Below, in pieces: positions 57,272 to 64,000 of a stretch of DNA of 64,000 nucleotides; the stretch's first letter is position 1; each line of letters begins with the position of its first letter. Source of the stretch: a virus. The position numbers and the translations under genes are program-made. The stretch covers positions 98,365 through 162,364 of the IMG/VR virus record IMGVR_UViG_3300032308_001297. The stretch is one strand, 5' to 3'. Below the pieces are notes generated by a model. That model was given only the letters and a program-made list of their open reading frames with translations, did no database searches and was not told the DNA's origin.

Positions 57272-57651
57272 TATGCTGCCTCCATTACCTCTCTAACATG
57301 AGAGCAATTACGCCGATAACCATATCCCGTGCAGTTACAAGAAAGGCTACCGTTATCTGCTAATGCTACAGTGTATTGCTTACCGTTCTTGCCAGGGATA
57401 CAAACGTAGCTTGGCTCTCTGTTGCTAGGCTCAGAAGGAGCAGTCCAACCACAAAGTATAGCGTCCTTCTCCAAAATACGATAGGGAGCATCTGAATCTC
57501 CTGTTGTCATTACAAATTGATCACTAGATAACCAAGGGAACCGAGGAACGATATCCCCAGTATAATCGTTGTAAGGACTAATGAGGCAAGAAGGAGAGTA
57601 ACGATCACGTTTGTCATATAATATATTCCTAATTCTAACAGTAAGTCGCAT
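57271..57651 (-). CDS. SWIM zinc-finger protein
   Basis: YTV..SCNCTGYGYRRNCSH. Confidence 0.75.
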   Translation of the reverse strand: MRLTVRIRNILYDKRDRYSPSCLISPYNDYTGDIVPRFPWLSSDQFVMTTGDSDAPYRILEKDAILCGWTAPSEPSNREPSYVCIPGKNGKQYTVALADNGSLSCNCTGYGYRRNCSHVREVMEAA

Positions 57652-57703
57652 TGTTGACTCCCAACGTTGAATATATTATACTACAAGTCGCCTAGGAAGT
57701 CAA

Positions 57704-58141
57704 TCAGAAATCTCCTGGCTGCACCTGTAAACAACGAAGTCCAGCGGCACGCCACATCTTCACCACTCGATCTCTATCGTCAAATACTAATAGAGGATTA
57801 TATCCTAATTCATATATTTGTTCGAGCATTTCGAACTTAACGATATCATCGTCACGCCGATCGTCTTTCTTACGCATATATAAACCATCGTATGGCACTT
57901 TATATTCTTCGAGCCATTCGATTGTATCCTGACGACACATCTCGTCGCGAGCAGTGCAAAGAAGAATTTTAATACCAGCGGCAGAGGCCAGATGTAAAAT
58001 TTGAATTACTCCGCTGATCGGCTGATCCTTGTGGGCGTGAGCAAACCAATTCTTCCAGTCCTTATGACCGTTGGTTATGTAATGGATACGATGCTCTGTA
58101 TCTGCAATCGTTCCATCAATATCTACGAGATAACAATCCAT
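57704..58141 (-). CDS. HAD phosphatase (PNKP 3'-phosphatase-like)
   Basis: DIDGT, TAR, MRKKDDRRDDDIVK, FDDRDRVVKMWR. Confidence 0.88.
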   Translation of the reverse strand: MDCYLVDIDGTIADTEHRIHYITNGHKDWKNWFAHAHKDQPISGVIQILHLASAAGIKILLCTARDEMCRQDTIEWLEEYKVPYDGLYMRKKDDRRDDDIVKFEMLEQIYELGYNPLLVFDDRDRVVKMWRAAGLRCLQVQPGDF

Positions 58142-58980
58142 TATTTACAACAAGTGATTTTAGTCACTTTCTCCCAGTTAGTGTTATTCGTCTTTCTGAT
58201 AGACGCAATCTTAAGAGCCATACGCAGCGACAGTTCACGGAGGCTCTCGCTATAAGCCTCGATAAATGTCAGGACATCCGCCTGTTCTTCGATATCGAGG
58301 AAATCTAGCAATCCCTGAGCAACTACCTGACGGATACGAACTAGATAATCACGACGAGACTTCATAGCCAGATCTAGATAGTGAGCACGAGAAACCATCG
58401 CCTGAAGATGCGGAGCCAGTTTATGGCCACGATCGATCATAGCGTCGAAATCGTAGTTAGAGATAAAGATAACCGTACCGTTGAACTCGAAAGAACGAGG
58501 AACCAATTCGCCAGTCTCTTCGTCGAGCAGACGACCTTCAGAAAGCCAAGAAACGACACGACGTTCGGTCGTATCGCATACAGCTTTAAGGAGATTGAGA
58601 CTGATATCGTCAAAGAAAATGGCATCGGCGTCGTCGAATACCAGAACCTGTCCCTCTTCGCGATAAGCGTAGAGTAGCTTTACAAGGCCAGTCGCACGGA
58701 CATAACCTTTCGTAATAGCGTAGTTATTACCCGATGGATCCCATTCTTCGAGTTTCTTCTCGACTGTATAAGATTTACCGAGTCCAGCAGGGCCAGAAAC
58801 GATAAGAGCACGAGAGTTACCAGCGATACAGCTGTCCGTCAATGCCTCGAGGATATCGAACCGTTCACTAATACGAGCCTCGATCTCATCTTCGGTCTCT
58901 GCGACAGCGGCGAGAGCAGCGATAGCTTCAACATTATCTTTACGGGCACGGATACCACGAGGCATGACTATCTCCTTCAA
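58141..58980 (-). CDS. AAA-type P-loop ATPase
   Basis: GPAGLGKS; VLVFDDAD; FEFNGTVIFISN. Confidence 0.85.
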   Translation of the reverse strand: MKEIVMPRGIRARKDNVEAIAALAAVAETEDEIEARISERFDILEALTDSCIAGNSRALIVSGPAGLGKSYTVEKKLEEWDPSGNNYAITKGYVRATGLVKLLYAYREEGQVLVFDDADAIFFDDISLNLLKAVCDTTERRVVSWLSEGRLLDEETGELVPRSFEFNGTVIFISNYDFDAMIDRGHKLAPHLQAMVSRAHYLDLAMKSRRDYLVRIRQVVAQGLLDFLDIEEQADVLTFIEAYSESLRELSLRMALKIASIRKTNNTNWEKVTKITCCK

Positions 58981-58990
58981 GTTATAGTAT

Positions 58991-59019
58991 ATTCTACCCT
59001 ATATCTGGAAAAAAGTCAA
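58991..59019 (-). promoter_or_regulatory. sigma70-type early promoter
   Basis: TTGACT-17-TAGAAT. Confidence 0.75.
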
Positions 59020-59336
59020 TCTTCTTCTTCATCTTCCGGTCTTTCGATGCCGTAGTAAGTATCAAGCCAGCCACGGACACGACTATCTTCTGCGAAATAG
59101 AAAACGTAGTCGCCATATTCGCGAACGAATTCTTTATTTACATACTCTCCGCCACCATAATATCGTAAAGAACCATTATTTCCTTTTTGCACAACTACTG
59201 TATCTTCGTCAACCCATACAAACCCACCTGCTCGAGGATCGAGACCGAGTTTATCTACGTATGTTTCGGTCAAATTAGTCTTAACGTAGTCGAATATTTT
59301 ATCATCTATCTCATAGAGAAACTCGAATGTAGACAT
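59016..59336 (-). CDS. Hypothetical protein
   Basis: LGLDPRA..LRYYGG..YV. Confidence 0.7.
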   Translation of the reverse strand: MSTFEFLYEIDDKIFDYVKTNLTETYVDKLGLDPRAGGFVWVDEDTVVVQKGNNGSLRYYGGGEYVNKEFVREYGDYVFYFAEDSRVRGWLDTYYGIERPEDEEED

Positions 59337-59557
59337 CAGTCCTCCTCGTCTAGTTCTTCTTCGGAAGAAATAATACGAACACGATCAGCCCAAGCCAGAG
59401 CCTCGGCGACTCGTCCTAAAGCATCGTCATCGAAACCAGTACCTCCTTGTGTGAGATACTCGTTGATTAACTTAATGGCTTCGCTAGCATCGTTGGATGT
59501 AATCGCCCATTCCTCTTTCATTAGATTTTCCTCAACAGAGAAGGAGATACTTTCCAA
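59336..59557 (-). CDS. Hypothetical protein
   Basis: Coupled ORF. Confidence 0.55.
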   Translation of the reverse strand: MESISFSVEENLMKEEWAITSNDASEAIKLINEYLTQGGTGFDDDALGRVAEALAWADRVRIISSEEELDEED

Positions 59558-59853
59558 TTAGATGCAGGGTTGGAAAGCGTTGATACTGTTTTTACTGATA
59601 TTGTTTTCTGATTAACTTTGTTAACAATACCAGTGATATTCTCGCCAGTGCGACTCTTAAAAGAAACCTTATCGCCCACTTGAAAAAACACAGCTGCACG
59701 TCTCTGTAATTCACGAAACCGAGCATTAATGGCGCTCTGGGCGTCGCGAAGATCTTCTAGATTATCGATAGCGAAAATAGCTTTATTGATAGACATCTCA
59801 CTTCTCCTCATCAACCATAGACATAGTATAGCCCGATCTTTTAAAAAAATCAA
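59521..59853 (-). CDS. SH3/KOW-like hypothetical protein (start likely MSINK)
   Basis: FQVGDKVSF..G.V.KVNQKT..WKVSPSLL. Confidence 0.7.
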   Translation of the reverse strand: MIFLKDRAILCLWLMRRSEMSINKAIFAIDNLEDLRDAQSAINARFRELQRRAAVFFQVGDKVSFKSRTGENITGIVNKVNQKTISVKTVSTLSNPASNWKVSPSLLRKI

Positions 59854-60494
59854 GCAGCTTTTTTCATTCTACGTATCTTTGCCATCATACGAGATCCGTG
59901 AGCGGGATAAGCAACTACGGATACAGTCTTATCCCAGCAAGCACGGCATTCGCCACATTTACCATCACGAGAATATGCTCCGCAGACCGTAGCAGTCGTT
60001 TCGTCCTCGGCGTAAGGAATAACTGTCGAACCATGATCCTCCGTATACTCGCCAGTTATAGAAGGCGAAGAATAACGAACAGAGGCATTCTCGAGAGATT
60101 TCATACGATCGAGGATAGCACGGATTTTAGGGATATTATATGATTTGGTGGGAAGCCAATGTTTGACATGAGGAGTTTTCTGCATGACGAGAAGGATTTT
60201 AAAGGCGAGAGCAGGATGATATACATCTCCGGAGTCGAACCAACGGAAATACTTTTGTTTCTTCAGCGCCTCCACCATTTCATCAACCCACTCGGCTCGC
60301 TTCCAATCCTCTCGGTTGGCGTCACGGACTCGCTTCGAGTTAGGCATATTATACATTCCGTCTTTGGCGTAGCAGCCAGCACAGACGGGAAGAGGCTGTT
60401 TAGAAACTGGATCGATTGATCCAGGGCAAGTATTTCCTGCCTGGAGACTCCAGGATTTAGAAGGCATTTTAGACGCTTTAGATAGGGCGACCAT
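59850..60494 (-). CDS. Phage gp88-like Cys-cluster protein
   Basis: SKMP..CPGS..CAGCYA..FRWFDSGD..HWLPT..CGECRACW. Confidence 0.75.
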   Translation of the reverse strand: MVALSKASKMPSKSWSLQAGNTCPGSIDPVSKQPLPVCAGCYAKDGMYNMPNSKRVRDANREDWKRAEWVDEMVEALKKQKYFRWFDSGDVYHPALAFKILLVMQKTPHVKHWLPTKSYNIPKIRAILDRMKSLENASVRYSSPSITGEYTEDHGSTVIPYAEDETTATVCGAYSRDGKCGECRACWDKTVSVVAYPAHGSRMMAKIRRMKKAA

Positions 60495-60520
60495 TTCAAT
60501 CTCTCCATCAAGTATAGATA

Positions 60521-60549
60521 ATTCTACCCTATCTTTTAAAAAAAGTCAA
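60521..60549 (-). promoter_or_regulatory. sigma70-type early promoter
   Basis: TTGACT-17-TAGAAT. Confidence 0.75.
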
Positions 60550-60575
60550 CACCTTTCTTTACCGAATAAAATTAA

Positions 60576-61949
60576 TTAGATAACTAGGCTCTTGAAGGGG
60601 ATCTTTTTCTTAGATCCGCCCCAATCTATCTGATCTAATAGTTCGATCTCAATCTCGAATTGGTCTTTGCCGACCTGATCGTAAACGACGCCAGCCCACT
60701 GTTTCACTTCTTCCTCTGTTATAGAGTTAATACCACCGATTTGAATACGAATAGTATTTAAATCAGTCTGAATAAATCTATATTCTTTATACTTGGTTAT
60801 GAATGGGTGGTTCTTTACCTGAATTAGGAAAGGGAATATTGATCCATCTTTTCTACGAACCAAACTCTTAGCACGACCATGTAAATTTTTAATAGTTGGA
60901 CCTCTATGACCGCATGGACATTCTTCTAGTAATTCTCCGATATCTCCAATATCATATCTAATAAATGGAGTTGCTCTTGAAGACATTTTCGTTATTAGTA
61001 ATCTACCCAACTTAGAGGAATTATTAAAATTCAAATCTTCCTCTGGTATACACTCTACAATAACGTTAGAAGTTGATACGTGAAAATGACCTTTATGTTC
61101 ATTACATTCATAACCAATCATTGCAATTTCTTCCGAAGCATATGTTGATGTTGTTCTTACACCAATATCTTCGAAGTATTTTATAATATACTCTGGAGCA
61201 GCACCACCGATTGGAGACCAAACTGTTAATCCATCCTCTTTCATTTCTTCTGGAGTATAAATTTGAATAAGAGTTTCCATAATATATGGATTAGCAATCA
61301 AATGCCCGATTGCTTCCTTTTTCATTTCTTGTTTTAATGATTCCAAATCTGGATTATTATATGAAATTACTCTTCTAATACCAGTAGCCAGAAATCCTTT
61401 TCTGCCAATACCTTCGCTTTCTTGTGTAGAAAAACCTGGATATGGTATACCACTAGATGCGAATAATTGAGTTGTGTTATCTCTTAAATCGAAATTACCT
61501 ACAAAAAATCTACTGAAAGATCTAAAACCATTTAATCCTTCGTTAAGATCTGCATAATAGAATTTAATTGGAACTCCAGAAGAGCCAGAAGTATTATGTT
61601 CAAATATTTTATGCTGTTTTTCGTCTAGTAGACATCCCTCAGACTCTACTTGTTGTTTTAAATCTTTTCTTTCTAAGATTGGTATTTCTTTTAAATCTTC
61701 TAATGAATCCAGTTTATCTTTCTTGATTCTCTGGCGCCAAAATTCAGAATTCTTTTTGGCATGCTCGATCAAATGGTTCAATTGATTTAATTGCCACTTC
61801 TCTCTTGCAGTTTTTGATGCTGACTCTAATAGAGTTATTTCTATGATGTTATGGAAAAACTCATGATGTTCTGTAGCCAAAAAATTTACATTATTTTCTT
61901 TATTGAAACAATCGTCTTGAATTGGTATTTTAGAGAAATCAATCTTCAT
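60576..61949 (-). CDS. PaaK/CapK-like adenylate-forming ligase
   Basis: TSGSSGVP, YASEE, PFIRYDIGD, CPCG..GR. Confidence 0.85.
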   Translation of the reverse strand: MKIDFSKIPIQDDCFNKENNVNFLATEHHEFFHNIIEITLLESASKTAREKWQLNQLNHLIEHAKKNSEFWRQRIKKDKLDSLEDLKEIPILERKDLKQQVESEGCLLDEKQHKIFEHNTSGSSGVPIKFYYADLNEGLNGFRSFSRFFVGNFDLRDNTTQLFASSGIPYPGFSTQESEGIGRKGFLATGIRRVISYNNPDLESLKQEMKKEAIGHLIANPYIMETLIQIYTPEEMKEDGLTVWSPIGGAAPEYIIKYFEDIGVRTTSTYASEEIAMIGYECNEHKGHFHVSTSNVIVECIPEEDLNFNNSSKLGRLLITKMSSRATPFIRYDIGDIGELLEECPCGHRGPTIKNLHGRAKSLVRRKDGSIFPFLIQVKNHPFITKYKEYRFIQTDLNTIRIQIGGINSITEEEVKQWAGVVYDQVGKDQFEIEIELLDQIDWGGSKKKIPFKSLVI

Positions 61950-62000
61950 AATATACTCCCTTTGTCTCTATTATATATAGATCTTTTTAAAAATCAAGTG

Positions 62001-62028
62001 TTGATTTTTTTCAAAGATACGGTATAAT
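62001..62028 (+). promoter_or_regulatory. sigma70-type early promoter
   Basis: TTGATT-16-TATAAT. Confidence 0.65.
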
Positions 62029-62060
62029 CATTTTTGTGATGGTGAAGAAAGGAAAGATGC

Positions 62061-62258
62061 ATGGAGTTTCTAACGAAAGATTCTGATGTCGCTCTTGTAG
62101 AAATTAAAGAAAAACTTTATGGTCGTCTATCCATACTTAGACCATATATAAAAAATATGCAGATAGACGATTATGGTCCTCTTGATTTTACTGAAGCTGC
62201 AATTGCTAACGAGATAAAATTTCTCGAGGAATTATTAGATATAATCGAGAGGTCGTAA
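62061..62258 (+). CDS. Hypothetical protein
   Basis: SD and promoter. Confidence 0.6.
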   Translation: MEFLTKDSDVALVEIKEKLYGRLSILRPYIKNMQIDDYGPLDFTEAAIANEIKFLEELLDIIERS

Positions 62259-62275
62259 TATAAGGTAGTGTAGAG

Positions 62276-62491
62276 ATGAACGATTTAGTAAAACGATTAA
62301 GAACTGCGCCAGTTGACAACAGACCAGCAACATTACTTAATGAGGCTGCTGATCGTATAGAGGCCCTCTACAAATACATTGCTAAGTTAGAGGATGATGG
62401 TTTCAAATACCGTAAGGCTCTTGTTGAGATACTAATGAAGGCACAGGACACTCTAAGGCCAATACCATTTCAGGAGGAAGATGATGAATAA
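62276..62491 (+). CDS. Hypothetical protein (DLVKRLR..EAADRIEAL family)
   Basis: Common phage motif. Confidence 0.7.
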   Translation: MNDLVKRLRTAPVDNRPATLLNEAADRIEALYKYIAKLEDDGFKYRKALVEILMKAQDTLRPIPFQEEDDE

Positions 62492-62678
62492 ATTTACTCT
62501 ACAAATCGACTATGATATAATGGATGAAATCACTCGGCAAAATCTACAAGACGCTTATAGAATGTCTGAAGATGATGAAATGCGTAATGCTCTTGACCTT
62601 GTGATAAACTACTTTTCTAGCGAAGAACAATATGCGAAATGGGTTAAGGAAACAAAAGATGGCTTGGGTCAGAACTGA
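62481..62678 (+). CDS. Hypothetical protein
   Basis: AGGAGG SD. Confidence 0.6.
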   Translation: MMNKFTLQIDYDIMDEITRQNLQDAYRMSEDDEMRNALDLVINYFSSEEQYAKWVKETKDGLGQN

Positions 62679-62979
62679 GAATGGCGGTATGTCAGATACT
62701 AGCCAGCAAATGTCTTGGCAGAGTATATTAGACTGGCAGGTAGAAATGTTCTTCTACTCCTGTTATCTCTATTATGTTCTGGACAATCCGAAATTATCAG
62801 ACGACAGTTTTGACAATATTGTCAATTTACTCGAGAAGTATTTCGATGAGTTACCAGAGCGTATCACACATGTGTGTGGCCCAGGACAGATTAAACCTAA
62901 TGCTCATCTATTCGCTCACGATCTCACCGAGGAAGAAAAAGAAAACGCCGTTAAATGGTTGAAAAATGAGTTGTTTTGA
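62632..62979 (+). CDS. Protein resembling the NAD-ligase N-terminal (Ia) subdomain
   Basis: YLYYVLDNPKLSDDSFD. Confidence 0.55.
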   Translation: MRNGLRKQKMAWVRTENGGMSDTSQQMSWQSILDWQVEMFFYSCYLYYVLDNPKLSDDSFDNIVNLLEKYFDELPERITHVCGPGQIKPNAHLFAHDLTEEEKENAVKWLKNELF

Positions 62980-63016
62980 ATAAATATAACACTTCAACAA
63001 CACCAAGGAGGGTGTC

Positions 63017-63163
63017 ATGATTAGAGTTACATATACACTAAAGGCAAACGACGGTCTATTAGTCGACAAAACTCAGGTCTTTAATACGCTTTCCGAGTGT
63101 AAATCTTTCTTAGTTTATTTACATGCAAGTGGTAATTTAGTCGGCCGACCAATCCTTTCATAA
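63017..63163 (+). CDS. Small hypothetical protein (48 aa)
   Basis: AAGGAGG SD; AATAAATA upstream. Confidence 0.55.
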   Translation: MIRVTYTLKANDGLLVDKTQVFNTLSECKSFLVYLHASGNLVGRPILS

Positions 63164-63206
63164 TAAATAATATCGCTCAATCGAGCAATTCTTTCGAAAG
63201 GAGATT

Positions 63207-63434
63207 ATGATGTCACTAAAGAATTTTTCAGCTAACTGGAAGACTACTGTTGTTGGTCTAATTCCATTGGTAGCTTATGGTCTAAAATATGCTGGTGTAT
63301 GGCCAGAGTCAATGCCTCTTCCACCATTGGACGAAGTATGGCCTTTCCTACTTTCAATCGTTGGTCTTGGCGTTGCTGCCAAGGACGGGAATGTTACTAA
63401 CGCTTCTCATCCGACAGATCCTACTACTATGTAA
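63207..63434 (+). CDS. Small two-TM membrane protein, holin-like
   Basis: NWKTT..G..AAKD motif; late promoter upstream. Confidence 0.5.
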   Translation: MMSLKNFSANWKTTVVGLIPLVAYGLKYAGVWPESMPLPPLDEVWPFLLSIVGLGVAAKDGNVTNASHPTDPTTM

Positions 63435-63440
63435 GAATTT

Positions 63441-63463
63441 GGGGAGCTAAAGCTCCCCTTTTT
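63441..63463 (+). terminator. Intrinsic terminator
   Basis: GGGGAGCT-AA-AGCTCCCC-TTTTT. Confidence 0.8.
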
Positions 63464-63486
63464 CATTTTAAAATCTCGAGGCGATT

Positions 63487-64000
63487 ATGTTGCATTTCCC
63501 AGCTTTTTGTATTGATAATTTTTATAACAATCCGGATGCTATTAGAGAATATGCTCTATCTCTGGATTTCAATAACATTGGTCCATGTCAGGGAAGAAGA
63601 ACTGCACCATTACATGAAATAAACCAAGAATTTTCTGATGCGTTTGCTAAACAATTACTTTCTGTTTTTTATGATATGGGAAAAAACGATGTTAAATGGA
63701 TGATTAGATCTCATTTCCATTTACATAGAGTAACAGATAATTCTACTTTTGCTAAAAATACAGATGAAACTTGTCATGTTGCTCACAAATATAGAGATTT
63801 TGCTCCAACGTATGAAGCAGAAATACCTACTGCTGTTCATTTAGATGATAAATGTTTTTTCTCTGGAGTAGTGTATTTAAATCCTATCGCCGAGGCTCAT
63901 GCTGGCACAGCAATTTATAGAGTTGTAGAAAATACTAATCCTATTAGAATTGGAAATGGTGATATAGAAAAAGAAACTGTAGTAGAGTCTGCCAATTTTA
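63487..64000 (+). CDS. 2OG-Fe(II) oxygenase-like protein (DUF6445-type), partial
   Basis: IDNFYNNPDAIREYAL..GRRT..VHLD..SGVVYLNP..GT; runs off the window. Confidence 0.75.
   Translation, partial: MLHFPAFCIDNFYNNPDAIREYALSLDFNNIGPCQGRRTAPLHEINQEFSDAFAKQLLSVFYDMGKNDVKWMIRSHFHLHRVTDNSTFAKNTDETCHVAHKYRDFAPTYEAEIPTAVHLDDKCFFSGVVYLNPIAEAHAGTAIYRVVENTNPIRIGNGDIEKETVVESANF

Noticed and set aside
1-64000. Stop-codon reassignment, introns or inteins
   Set aside because: Core genes translate intact with the standard code, and no splicing or homing motifs were recognised

Overview
This is 64 kb of a large, AT-rich, T4-like (myovirus) phage genome. The host is probably an alphaproteobacterium, judged from a permuted alpha-type tmRNA and an L,D-transpeptidase. 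1-32.4 kb is the tail-fibre and baseplate module: fibres, a DUF4815/VrlC-like protein, gp8, a gp9/10-like fibre, gp7, gp6, gp25, a split gp5, hub, gp53, gp48, gp4, gp2, gp54-like, gp26, gp51 and a tape-measure-like protein with two peptidoglycan hydrolase domains. 32.4-35 kb holds gp32, gp59 and gp33. 35.6-36 kb holds tRNA-Arg(UCU) and a two-piece tmRNA. 41-50 kb is a cluster of tailoring enzymes behind late promoters (flavin halogenase, several 2OG-Fe(II) oxygenases, APS-kinase-like, U32-like), around a Gly-rich adhesin-like gene and an unusual tRNA-Thr(AGU). 50-63 kb is an early region of small genes with strong sigma70 promoters. Its core (51.4-56.1 kb) carries layered DNA signals: a G12 tract, a repeated operator, a CA/TG-depleted island, and two six-unit arrays with an exact 12-bp period. 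The best candidates for new biology are the 12-bp periodic arrays and operator region, the late-expressed virion-tailoring cluster, the gp26-to-gp51 -1 frameshift, the split gp5 with an inserted cargo gene, and the phage tmRNA and A34 tRNA. All family assignments come from motif recognition by eye; no searches were run.
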